NCBI GenBank assembly: GCA_002269645.1
Contig: NIVC01000815.1
Coordinates: 1-64,000 of the forward strand
Length of the DNA: 64,000 bases
Reading direction: 5' to 3'
Source of the DNA: Macrostomum lignano
Lineage: Eukaryota
Made by a program: the position numbers and the translations under genes. Under the pieces are notes generated by a model. The model searched no databases. It was not told where the DNA came from and worked only from the letters and a program-made list of their open reading frames with translations. Below are positions 48,101 to 60,400 of the stretch, piece by piece; within the stretch, counting starts at the first letter, position 1, and each line of letters begins with the position of its first letter.

Positions 48101-51100
48101 GACTGGCCCAGCAACTGAGGATCTGGGAGGCTGGCTCAGCAACTGAGGATCTGGGAGGCTGGCCCAGCAACTAAGGATCTGGGAGGCTGGCCCAGCAACT
48201 GAGGATCTGGGAGGCTGGCCCAGCAGCTGAAGATCTGGGAGGCTGGCCCAGCAACTGAGGATCTGGGAGGCTGGCCCAGCAACTGAGGATCTGGGAGGCT
48301 GGCCCAGCAACTGAGGATCTGGGAGGCTGGCTCAGCAACTAAGGATCTGGGAGGCTGGCCCAGCAACTGACACTCTGGGAGGCTGGCCCAGCAACTGAGG
48401 ATCTGGGAGGCTGGCCCAGCAACTGAGGATCCTGGAGGCTGGCCCAGCAGCTGAAGATCTGGGAGGCTGGCCCAGCAACTGAGGATCCTGGAGGCTGGCG
48501 CAACAACTGAGGATCTGGGAGGCTGGCCCAGCAACTGAGGATCCTGGAGGCTGGCGCAACAACTGAGGATCTGGAGGCGAACAGAAGCATGCCATCCAAT
48601 CGCTCACGGATTAGCTTCGAAGCGCCGCATGCGCCCAGACTTCAATCGGAGAGCTTTGCACACCTCGGCCAATGGGCCGCCTTTGGCGCCGCCGCCGCCC
48701 GGCCGCAGTACAGATAGGCAAGCAGATCGTAGATCTGGCCGCCAGTGAGGCAGTCGCTAGCGATGACTGCCAGTTCCGCGCTAGACTGAACCAATCGAAG
48801 CCAAGGACCGATGGTCCGGACCTCCTTGCTGCTGTCATCGCCGTGGTGACAGCAGTTGATCAGCCAATCGGCCAGGGCGGCAGACCGGTCGGCCAGCAGG
48901 AATCGATGCGCGCCGATTCGGACGCCGTCGGAGCCGACAAGCTCGGCATCGGCGCCGGTTTCATGCGCCCGATCGAGCAGCTCGGCGAGACAGTCGGCCA
49001 TGTCGGCGTAGACTAGCGGGGCCGGAGGCTCGGGCAAGTCGGTGAGGAAATGCCTGGGCGACACCTGCAGAGAGGCGAAGGCTCGGCCGCGTGGATCGGC
49101 AAACAGTCGGGCCGTCCGGTGCAGTCCCGGGATCGAATCCGACGGGGCGGACAGGGACACGGAGGAGACGGCAGCGGTTGTCGACAGTGTCGAGCGCGGA
49201 GAAAGGCGAGTCGGCGAGGACAAGTCTACGCGGTAGCCGCGGCCTCGGCCGGTGCCGATCAGCAGGGCGCGGTGGGTCAGACAGGCGCTGGTGACGGTGC
49301 CGAGCGGCGAGGGCCGCGGACGGAGTCGGAACGGCTGCGAGGGGGAGCGGTGGTTGAGAAAGAGAGCGAATCTGTAGGGAGTGGAGGCGGATGTGTAGGG
49401 AGTGGGGACGGATGTGTACGGAGTGAGGACGGAAGTGTACGGAGTGAGGACGGATGTGTACGGAGTGGGGGCGGATGTGTACGGAGTGGGGACGGATGTG
49501 TAGGCCGAGGATGGGCGCTCACCTGTTGCCAGCCCGGTTGCCATAGGAACAGTTCGCCGGCCAAAGTTAACAGGCAGGCGGTGAGGCAGCGGCCAAAATG
49601 GCTCGGGTCCTCAGCCAGCATGACGCTGCGCAGGCCGCTCCACTTAGGCGCTATGTTGGTCACCTGGAGTTAAAAGCGCGAAGGCGGCTCTGCCAATTCC
49701 GCTAACTCCTGAGCACAATGCAAGCGCGCAAATACTGTACGCAGGCACAGCACTCACACACGCGCTCACACAGGGTGTACAGCAGCCCTGACTGTCTAAT
49801 CGTCAGGCATGTACACTCTCTGTGGCTTGGAGGTTGGTCCTCAAAGGTGTGAATCGCACACAACCCCCTAAGTCAATTTTCATGCACACGAGCCCCGAAA
49901 ACCTGACCTCGAACGGAATCAAACCAGGGGTCGTGGGCGCGAGTCAGACGCGTTCACCACTGAACTGCTCTGTCGCTAATCAAACCCCTCAGGCTGTAGC
50001 TAATATTGCGTATAATAAATTCCAACAAGTTGATAATATCCTTTTTAATCCCAACCGTAAAAATAGCAGCCTCCCAGATCCCCAGTTGTTAAGCCAGCCT
50101 CCCAGATCCCCAATTGCTGGGGCAGCCTCCCAGATCCTTAGTTGCTGGGCCACAGCCTCCCAGATCCCCAATTGCTGGGCCAGCCTCCCAGATCCCCAGT
50201 TGCTGGGCCAGCCTCCCAGATCCCCAATTGCTGGGTCAGCCTCCCAGATCCCCAATTGCTGGGCCAGTCTCTTAGATCCTCAGTTACTGGGCCACAGCCT
50301 CCCAGATCCTCAGATACTGGGCCACAGCCTCCCAGATCCTCAGTTGCTAGGCCAGCTTCCCAGATCCTCAGTTGCTGGGCCAGCCTCCCAGATCCTCAGT
50401 TGCTGGGCCAGCCTCCCAGATCCTCAGTTGCTGGGCCAGCCTCCCAGATCCTCAGTTGCTGGGCCAGCCTCCCAGAGTGTCAGTTGCTGGGCCAGTCTCC
50501 CAGAGTGTCAGTTGCTGGGCCAGCCTACCAGAGTGTCAGTTGCTGGGCCAGCCTCCCAGATCCTCAGTTGCTGGGCCAGCCTCCCAGATCCTCAGTTGCT
50601 GGGCCAGCTTCCCAGATCCCCATTGCTGGGCCAGCCTCCCAGAGTGTCAGTTGCTGGGCCAGCCTCCCAGAGTGTCAGTTGCTGGGCCAGCCTCCCAGAG
50701 TGTCAGTTGCTGGGCCAGCCTCCCAGAGTGTCAGTTGCTGGGCCAGCCTCCCAGAGTGTCAGTTGCTGGGCCAGCCTCCCAGAGTGTCAGTTGCTGGGCC
50801 AGCCTCCCAGAGTGTCAGTTGCTGGGCCAGCCTCCCAGAGTGTCAGTTGTTGGGCCAGCCTCCCAGAGTGTCAGTTGCTGGGCCAGCCTCCCAGAGTGTC
50901 AGTTGCTGGGCCAGCCTCCCAGAGTGTCAGTTGCTGGGTCAGCCTCCCAGATCCCCAATTGCTGGGCCACCCTCCCAGATCCCCAATTGCTGGGCCAGCC
51001 TCCCAGATCCTTAGTTGCTGGGCCACAGCCTCCCAGATCCTCAGTTGCTGGGCCACAGCCTCCCAGATCCCCAATTGCTGGGCACAAGCAAATGAAACAC

Positions 51101-54100
51101 ACCTGCCCAGAGTGCAGCAGCAGCAGGCAGTGATCTCGCTGTTGCTGCCTGTGCTGACTATGCCGACGCTCAATGTGCACCAATAGGGCGGAATCGCAGC
51201 TGGCCCAGGCCAGAATGCCGATGCCGCCGCTACCGCTTTTGCCACCAGCGGCAGGATCCCACACTGTAGCGGAGCCCTGGTCCAGCTGCTGCCGCTGCTG
51301 CTGCTGCTGCTGATGCATGTGCGCCAAGCAAGCCAGCGGGGTCGGTCGAGCTACCACTCGAGGCTGCTGCTGATTCGACGGCAGAAGCGGCTGACCGAAC
51401 TGACCCCGGTCCTGGCCCCAGACGAATACCTGCGATGGAAAGCATTGCGGCAGACAAACTGACGGTACTTCAAATGGCTTTTTTGTTATAGTTTATAATA
51501 GTTTCCATTTCTCCTACTTTCCGGAACCTCCTCATTACCCATCTGTCCCCCATTTCCCATCTCTCCCCTGTTTCCCATCTCTCCCCTATTTCTCATCTCT
51601 CCCCATTTCCCATCTCTCCCCCATTTCCCATCTCTCCCCATTTCCCATCTCTCCCCCATTTCCCATCTCTCCCCTGTTTCCCATCTCTCCTCCATTTCCC
51701 ATCTCTCCTCCATTTCCCATCTCTCCCCCATTTCCCATCTCTCCCCTATTTCTCATCTCTCCTCCATTTCCCATCTCTCCTCCATTTCCCATCTCTCCTC
51801 CATTTCCCATCTCTCCTCCATTTCCCATCTCTCCTCCATTTCCCATCTCTCCTCTATTTCTCATCTCTCACCATTTCCCATCTCTCCCTATTTCCTCTCT
51901 CTCCTCCATTTCCCATCTGTCCCCCATTTCCCATCTCTCCCTATTTCCTCTCTCTCCTCCATTTTCCATCTCTCCCTATTTCCTCTCTCTCCTCCATTTC
52001 CCATCTGTCCCCCATTTCCCATCTCTCCCTATTTCCTCTCTCTCCTCCATTTCCCAATCCCATCTCTCCCTATTTCCTCTCTCTCCTCCATTTCCCATCT
52101 CTCCCTATTTCCTCTCTCTCCTCCATTTCCCAATCCCATCTTTCCCTATTTCCTCTCTCTCCTCCATTTCCCAATCCCATCTCTCCCTATTTCCTCTCTC
52201 TCCTCCATTTCCCATCTCTCCCTATTTCCTCTCTCTCCTCCATTTCCCAATCCCATCTCTCCTCTATTTCTCATCTCTCACCATTTCCCATCTCTCCCTA
52301 TTTCCTCTCTCTCCTCCATTTCCCAATCCCATCTCTCCCTATTTCCTCTCTCTCCTCCATTTCCCATCTCTCCCTATTTCCTCTCTCTCCTCCATTTCCC
52401 ATCTGTCCCCCATTTCCCATCTCTCCCTATTTCCTCTCTCTCCTCCATTTCCCATCTCTCCCTATTTCCTCTCTCTCCTCCATTTCCCATCTCTCCCTAT
52501 TTCCTCTCTCTCCTCCATTTCCCATCTGTCCCCCATTTCCCATCTCTCCCTATTTCCTCTCTCTTCTCCATTTCCCATCTCTCCTCCATTTCCCATCTCC
52601 CCCCATTTCTCATCTCTCCCCATTTTCTCTCTCTCTCCCCCATTTCTCATCTCCCCTCCGTTTCTCATCTCTCCCCCATTTCTCATCTCTCCCCATTTCC
52701 CATCTCTACCCCATTTCCCATCTCTCCCCCATTTCTTTTCTCTCCCCATTTCCCATCTCTACCCCATTTCCTCTGTCTACCCATTTCCCATCTCTACCCC
52801 ATTTCTTCTCTCTCCCCATTTCCCATCTCTCCCCCATTTCTCATCTCCCCCATTTCTTCTCTCTCCCCATTTCCCATCTCTCCCCCATTTCTCATCTCTA
52901 CCCCATTTCCCATCTCTACCCCATTTCCCATCTCTCCCCCATTTCTTCTCTCTCCCCATTTCCCATCTCTACCCCATTTCCCATCTCCCCCCATTTCTCA
53001 CCTCTCCCCATTTCCTCTCTCTCTCTCCCCCATTTCCCATCTCTCCCCCATTTCCCATCTCTACCCCATTTTTCATCTCCCCCATTTCTTTTCTCTCCCC
53101 ATTTCCTATCTCTACCCCTTTCCAGTTTCAGATTTCCCGCCAACCTGAGACTCGGTGACGACAGCAGAGTGGTAGCGAGCCGCCGCTATGCCCAGAACTC
53201 GTCGGCCGGTTTCCGGCCGCCAGCCGGCCACTGGCCGAGGCAGATGCGATTCCGCTGTGGCCGCAGCCGCTGTCGCATTGGGCAACAGCTGGGCGGAAGC
53301 CGCCCCGAGATCCTGGCCAGCTACGATCAGCCGGCCAGACCTGGTGAGCATCAGCGTGTGCTCCCGGCCGACCGCCACCGACCGGACCGGATCCGGCAGC
53401 GCTGCGGCAGGCGCCGACGACGCTAGCCGGGGCAGCGGAGTGGGCTCGGCCGAGAGCACGGCGGCAGCGGCGGCCAGGCCCAGCCGGTGCTGGCCGAATC
53501 CGCAGACAAGCACCCGGCCGTCCGCAGTAACGAATGCGCTGTGATAGATGCCCATGGAGATGTCGATAACGGCGGCGTCGGGCAGGCCGGGGACTAAATC
53601 TGCCGGCTGGTCCCGACAGTCGGAGTGGCACAGCCGGCCGAGGGTGTGGTTGGCCGAGTCGCCCCAGGTGTAGGCGTCGTAGCCCGGACAGGTCTCGGCC
53701 GGGGAGCCGGGAAAAGCGGCCGACTGGGGTATGTCGAGCAGATCGGCCAAGTCTAACGGCGTAAGGCCGTTGTGGTCCGGTGCGGATAGACTGGCGCCGA
53801 AGGACTGGCGAGTTGGAGGGGGGCGAGCGATCAGACTATGCTGACTCAAATTCAGCTATCGAAGGCTTCTGAGACAAACGAAACGACTCGGCCTAGCCTT
53901 CACTCCGTAATCCAATAGATTGCGCAATCAATTCGTCGCTCGAACGCAAATTTGCATTAGTTTCATAATGGGGATCAGAGTGCCATAATGGGGATCAGAG
54001 TGCCATAATGGGGATCAGAGTATCATAATGGGGATCAGAGTGCCATAATGGGGATCAGAGCATCATAATGGGGATCAGAGTGTCATAATGGGGATCAGAG

Positions 54101-55012
54101 TATCATAATGGGGATCAGAGTGCCATAATGGGGATCAGAGCATCATAATGGGGATCAGAGTGCCACAATGGGGATCAGAGTGCCATAATGGGGATCAGAG
54201 TGCCATAATGGGGATCAGAGCATCATAATGGGGATCAGAGTATCATAATGGGGATCAGAGTGCCATAATGGGGATCAGAGCATCATAATGGGGATCAGAG
54301 TGCCACAGTGGGGATCAGAGTGCCATAATGGGGATCAGAGTATCATAATGGGGATCAGAGTGTCATGATGAGGATCTCAGTATCCTGATGGGGATCAGAG
54401 TATCGAAATGGGGATTAGAATGTCATAATGGGGATCAGAGTGTCATAGTGAGGATCAGAGTGTCATAATGGGGATCAGAGTGTCATGATGGGGATCAGAG
54501 TATCGTAATGGGGATTAGAGTGTCATAATGGGGATCAGAGTGTCATGATGGAGATCAGAGTGTCATGATGAGGATCTCAGTATCCTGATGGGGATCTAAG
54601 CATCAATCAGCATCCTACTCACGGAAATGAGCCGCACCGCAGTTTCCAGCTGTCCGTGGTACACGCACCGGTGCAGCGGTGTCCAGCCGTTCTCCCAGTC
54701 TCGAGCTTCAACGCTCATTCGATGCAGGCGAATCAGGCGGTCCAACAAGCGAGAGCCGGCACCGGAGGCGGCAGCCACGTGAAGCGGAGTCCGGCCAAGA
54801 TGATCGACCGCCTGACCGATGTTGGAGCACAGCTTCAACAGCTTCATCGCCGACTCTTCGTTATCATCATCAGACTCCATATTCAAAAGAAGCTGGCTCA
54901 GGCAGGCGTTGATCTCAAGGCAGTGACGCCTGGAGCGACATCTGGCTGAGCAGTGGGCCTCGGGCGAGACGCCGCCAGCTGATTCAGTTGTTGAATTAGT
55001 TGACGACGACAT
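45120..55012 (-). CDS. IBTK: Inhibitor of Bruton tyrosine kinase homolog (ankyrin, RCC1-like, BTB domains), 7 coding exons
   Basis: Exons: 55012-54623, 53804-53144, 51429-51103, 49663-49523, 49334-about 48608, 47891-46305, 45272-45120. N-terminal HCSARCRSRRH, ankyrin GRTPLHVAA and DWENGWTPLHRCVYHG, RCC1 YTWGDSANHTLG and VAVGREHTL, BTB GAHRFLLADRS and CHSALLSARSDYF, C-terminal LHLIQ/IEEAAM..PLW. The exon 5/6 junction needs at least one 1-nt correction (C-run 48698-48700) and is ambiguous. Confidence 0.9.
45335..46285. repeat. 31-bp minisatellite (TGACCAACCCGAGTGACTAGAATGGGGCCAA), IBTK last intron
   Basis: Period 31 nt. Confidence 0.95.
47925..48575 (+). repeat. 28-bp minisatellite (GGAGGCTGGCCCAGCAACTGAGGATCTG), IBTK intron 5
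   Basis: Period 28 nt. Reverse complement of the 50067-51082 array unit. Confidence 0.96.
49375..49510. repeat. 21-bp minisatellite (ACGGAGTGAGGACGGATGTGT), IBTK intron 4
   Basis: About 6 copies. Confidence 0.85.
49683..49975 (-). mobile_element. Dispersed repeat copy 2, putative tRNA-derived SINE with A/B-box-like head
   Basis: Minus strand reads CAGTTCAGTGG (A-box-like, 49967-49957) and GGTTTGATTCC (B-box-like, 49925-49915). Body shared with the other two copies. Confidence 0.6.
50067..51082 (-). repeat. 28-bp minisatellite (CCTCCCAGATCCTCAGTTGCTGGGCCAG), IBTK intron 3, inverted relative to the intron 5 array
   Basis: Unit is the exact reverse complement of the 47925-48575 unit. A variant gagtgtc block lies at about 50640-50930. 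Confidence 0.96.
51540..53115. repeat. CT-rich ~18-bp degenerate minisatellite (CCATTTCCCATCTCTCC), IBTK intron 2
   Basis: Nearly G-free plus strand with periodic ccatttccc. Confidence 0.95.
53962..54595. repeat. 20-bp minisatellite (ATAATGGGGATCAGAGTGCC), IBTK intron 1
   Basis: Period 20 nt. Confidence 0.96.
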
Positions 55013-55211
55013 TGTGCCTTAAGGAGGATCGGCGCGGCGATGGCCCGCAAGGCCGGCAAGGCTACTTGGGAATTAATGGATTTTAGGCAGCCAGAAAGTT
55101 TTAGTTTAAAAAAATTAGGCGTTTGCTGTTGGAAGTAAGGACAGAAACAATCAAATATTCTACAGTTTCTTCAGATCAGAGATGGCATCAATGTTTCTGT
55201 AATGACTAGCT

Positions 55212-55790
55212 CAGAGGCAACTGACCAATCGGAGTTGCAAGCCATTCTCTTCACTGACTCATCAGAGTTGCAAGCCATTCTCTTCACTGACCCATCAGAG
55301 TTGCAAGCCATTTTCTTCACTGACCAATCAGAGTTGCAAGCCATTCTCTTCACTGACCAATCGGAGTTGCAAGCCATTTTCTTCACTGACCCATCAGAGT
55401 TGCAAGCCATTTTCTTCACTGACCAATCAGAGTTGCAAGCCATTCTCTTCACTGACCAATCGGAGTTGCAAGCCATTCTCTTCACTGACCAATCGGAGTT
55501 GCAAGCCATTTTCTTCACTGACCAATCGGAGTTGCAAGCCATTCTCTTCACTGACCAATCGGAGTTGCAAGCCATTCTCTTCACTGACCAATCGGAGTTG
55601 CAAGCCATTTTCTTCACTGACCAATCGGAGTTGCAAGCCATTCTCTTCACTGACCAATCGGAGTTGCAAGCCATTCTCTTCACTGACTCATCAGAGTTGC
55701 AAGCCATTCTCTTCACTGACTCATCAGAGTTGCAAGCCATTCTCTTCACTGACTCATCAGAGTTGCAAGCCATTCTCTTCACTGACCAAT
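55212..55790. repeat. 33-bp minisatellite (GAGTTGCAAGCCATTCTCTTCACTGACCAATCG) upstream of IBTK
   Basis: 11-aa periodic ORF SELQAILFTDQ. Confidence 0.96.
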
Positions 55791-56689
55791 CAAAAATGAC
55801 AGATTGTTCATAGATCAAAAGCAATCCTTCAGTGGACCCTATTGATGCATAAGGATTCGAAATAAAGTCTACAGCAGCCAATTAGAACTTTCTGAAGAAC
55901 CAAATATAATTAAGTTCCATAGTTCTAGAAGTCTTAATGCAGAGAATTTTTATTTTTAGTCGGGATATAATGGCAACAGTATACCATGTTGACAACACAT
56001 ACTGTTAACAGTAGTAAGCACACGCTGGCCAAACAGCAGATGTGTATTAGTCAATGACAATTCAGTGTATTATCACAATCAGAAGCTAAAAAGCTATTGT
56101 GCTAAGCGGTTCATAAACAAACAAAACAGACGAGACAAAAATTAATCAAAACATCATGTAGCATAAGAGTTTAAAACCCGTTGGCAACAAAATAGCATGA
56201 GCAGCAATGGATGATAACGGAGGGGGGCTTTTAGGAGGGGCAGGGTAGAACGGCGCAGAATACGTTGGAACTGGTCTATAAGTTATAAACAGATACAAGT
56301 ACAACAAAGAACCGTTTGAGGAATTATTATGGTTTACTTCATTATCGCACAGCTACTCTTTGCACTAATTGATTGCAATAGCGACAAATCGAAATTTCAT
56401 TTGAAGATGTCATAAATATAAAACGCATCTATAATAGTTGACTGAAAAATTAAATTAAATAGATAAAGCCCGCGATAAAGCGGAGATCAATAGGCAGAAA
56501 TAGATATTTTATTATGTAAAATCAAAATCAAATATAATACGAATTGTGTGACGCAACCTGGAGTTTTTTAATTATTGTTTTCTGTTCACACTGCAACCTT
56601 TGAGTTATACATACCGCTTTGTTGCCTTTTACCAACGTTGGGATCCTTAGAGGACAGGAATTTCCCGCCTAAACACAAACTAGCAACAG

Positions 56690-57245
56690 CTCCTCTGTAG
56701 CTGGCGCCCCCTTTGTAGTTTGCGCACACTCTGTACTGGCGCCCCTTTGCAGTTGGCGCCCCCTCTGTAGCTGGCGCCCCCTTTGTAGTTTGCGCACACT
56801 CTGTACTGGCGCCCCTTTGTAGTTGGCGCCCCCTCTGTAGCTGGCGCCCCCTTTGTAGTTTGCGCACACTCTGTACTGGCGCCCCTTTGTAGTTGGCGCC
56901 CCCTCTGTAGCTGGCGCCCCCTTTGTAGTTTGCGCACACTCTGTACTGGCGCCCCTTTGTAGTTGGCGCCCCCTCTGTAGCTGGCGCCCCCTCTGTAGCT
57001 GGCGCCCCCTCTGTAGCTGGCGCACACTCTGTAGTTGGCGCCCCCTTTGTAGCTGGCGCCCCTCCTGTATCTGGCGCCCTCTCTGTAGCCGGCGCCCCTT
57101 CTGTATCTGGCGCCCCGCCGCGCCCCCTGTATCTGGCTCCCCCTCTGTAGCTGGCGCACACTCTGTAGCTGGCGCCCCCTTTGTAGCTGGCGCACCCCTC
57201 TGTAGCTGGCGCCCCCCTCTTTAGCTGGCGCCTCCCTGTTGCTGG
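56690..57245. repeat. ~18-bp minisatellite with 70-bp higher-order unit (GCTGGCGCCCCCTCTGTA-based)
   Basis: 70-aa periodicity in the overlapping ORFs (three 70-nt units). Confidence 0.9.
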
Positions 57246-57469
57246 CGCTTTTCAATAAATATTCAAGACAGACAGGAAAACCTACCGCAGGCAAAATGCA
57301 CAGACACGGACAATTCCCAAAGTCGCAGTTGAATCATTGCAAGAACAGACCAATTCAAGGCAAATAATTTTTAAGAAACACAACTAACTAATAAATTGAA
57401 GTCAAAGATGAAAAAATCACAGGTAGAAATTATGATATTACTCGTATTTGTAACTGGTCATCCAAACAA

Positions 57470-60400
57470 TTATTGCTGTGGACTCACGCCGCCTAGCAGT
57501 TTAATAATCTGCATTTTCACATCTTTAGTAGCCTCTCCAGCCTTGGGAATGACCACTCGATCCATATCGGTGAGGTGGGTCACTCCGTCCTTGTCCGTGT
57601 CGCCATATTTAAACGTGATAAACTCCGGCAGTCGCTTTTTCGATGTGATTTTCACCACCTTGACTAGCGGCCTGCGAACGGCAATGGCGGCCATACCGGG
57701 CTGCTTTGGGCAGAGCCGCAACAGGTACATGTGCTGTTCACGAATTATTAAATGGCCAGGCGTTTGCTGGTTATCGTCTCCTAGTAGTAACGAGCACGGA
57801 TAGCTGCTCAACGCGTCCCGCTGCCAGGTGGATACGCTTACCTGGTAGGGGAGGCGACGGGATTGATAGCTTTATTACATTACTGGCACTGGCTGGCAGT
57901 CCTGACTCATGTAGCCCAGTCACCCACAGGTGTGACAGGTAGCCCAGTCACCCATAGGTAGCTCAATCAGCCATAGACAGCCCAGTCCCCCACAGACTGC
58001 TTAGTCACCTACAGACAGCCCAGTCACCCATAAACAGCAGCCACAGACAACCCAGTCGCCTATAGACAGCAGCCACAGACAACCCAGTCGCCCATAGACA
58101 GCAGCCACAGACAGCCCAGTCGCCCATAGACAGCAGCCACAGACAGCCCAGTCGCCCATAGACAGCAGCCACAGACAGCCCAGTCGCCCATAGACAGCAG
58201 CCACAGACAGCCCAGTCGCCCATAGACAGCAGCCACAGACAGCCCAGTCGCCCATAGACTGCAGCCACAGACAGCCCAGTGGCCCATAGACAGCATGCAA
58301 AGACAATCCAGTCGCCCAGACACCACCCAGTGAAAGACAGAAATAAGATCTCAGCTCACCAGCTCCTCAGTCTCATCCTCTTCATCATCCTCGCCTTCCA
58401 GGCTAAATACGTCGCCAGTGTTGCGATAAGAATTCTTTCCACTGCCGCCTCCGCCACCAACGGAGTCAACGCCGCTAATAGCGATTCCAGCCTGAGCTAG
58501 CTGGCTCATCTTTGTCACTAAGCTGTCCGCTTTGTGACGCAACCGTTTAAACAGCTGCTGCTCACCTTGAGCTGCTAACTGCCGTTGCTGCTGCTGCTGC
58601 TGCTGTTTAGACTGCGGCTGGTCCTGCTGCTGATTGCTAGCACGCTGGGTACTTGGCAACTGTTGCTGTTGCTGCTGCTGCTTTGACTGTCCACCAGACG
58701 AGGCTGCCGCAGACCTGGCACATTCCGGACAAGTTTTCTGGCAGTGCTCAGCTAATCTGTTAGGGCCTAATTCTTTGTGCAGAGCGGCGTAGCCACCCGG
58801 AAATATGCTGACACCGGGGCACAGGCGACGGAGCAGCTGGGCGGCCACCAGCACGGTGGTGGTGTCCTCCTCTTTGCGGCCGTGCCCGCTAACGCACAGC
58901 GGACCGTTGGCTGTTCGGACAACTGCGGCCAGAGCCGAATCGAATTCGGTTGGCCGGCTGAGCAACAGGCCGCTGTCCAGGTTGTAAGCCCCGGCCAAAT
59001 GGCCGCGATTATACATATCGGGCGAGCGGACGTCCACCTGTGGGAGTAAATGTATACAGTTAATTGTTAGGTAAACAGGGAGAGAAACTATGACTGTATC
59101 TTGAATGGGAAAAGCTTCGCCATCTAACTAGCGCATTTCCTATAAGGGTTCACGCTAAGCTCTGAGGTACACGGTACACACTAGAGGCGGATCTCGGGTA
59201 CACGGTACACACTAGGGGCGGATCTCGGGTGCACGGTACGCACTAGAGGCGGATCTCGGGTACACGGTACACACTAGGGGCGGGTCTCGGGTGCACGGTA
59301 CACACTAGGGGGCGGATCTCGGGTGCACGGTACACACTAGGGGCGGATCCCGGTGGGTACACGGTACACACTAGGGGGCGGATCTCGGGTACACACTAGG
59401 GGGCGGATCTCGGGTGCACGGTACACACTAGAGGCGGATCTCGGGTACACGGTACACACTAGAGGCGAATCTCGGGTACACGGTATACACTAGGGGCGGA
59501 TCTCGGGTGCACGGTACACATTAGGGGCGGATCTCGGGTGCACGGTACACACTAGGAGCGGATCTCGGGTACACGGTACACACTAGGAGCGGATCTCGGG
59601 TGCACGGTACACACTAGAGGCGAATCTCGGGTACACGGTACACACTAGGGGCGGATCCCGGTGGGTACACAGTACACACTAGGGGCGGATCTCGGGTGCA
59701 CGGTACACATTAGGGGCGGATCTCGGGTGCACGGTACACACTAGGAGCGGATCTCGGGTACACGGTACACACTAGGAGCGGATCTCGGGTGCACGGTACA
59801 CACTAGGGGCGGATCTCGGGTACACGGTACACACTAGGGGCGGATCCCGGTGGGTACACGGTACACACTAGGGGGCGGATCTCGGGTACACACTAGGGGG
59901 CGGATCTCGGGTGCACGGTACACACTAGAGGCGGATCTCGGGTACACGGTACACACTAGAGGCGAATCTCGGGTACACGGTACACACTAGGGGCGGATCT
60001 CGGGTGCACGGTACACATTAGGGGCGGATCTCGGGTGCACGGTACACACTAGGAGCGGATCTCGGGTACACGGTACACACTAGGAGCGGATCTCGGGTGC
60101 ACGGTACACACTAGAGGCGAATCTCGGGTACACGGTACACACTAGGAGCGGATCTCGGGTGCACGGTACACACTAGGGGCGGATCTCGGGTGCACGGTAC
60201 ACACTAGGAGCGGATCTCGGGTACATGGTAAACTCAGTTGCGACTACTTTAGAATACCCCATGACCTGTTTAGTCGGTAATACAAAATCAGCTCTAACCA
60301 GCGTGAACGGCGGATCCCTGGTGACCTCGGCAACGGTGACTGGCAGGCAAAGCGCCATCAGCAGGTCCGCATCGGGCTCGGCGTCGCCAAACAGAGCGGC

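Noticed and set aside
49822-51186. 454-aa and overlapping Pro/Gln/Ser-rich ORFs, also 55171-55881 and 56586-57294
   Set aside because: Minisatellite translations without domain features.
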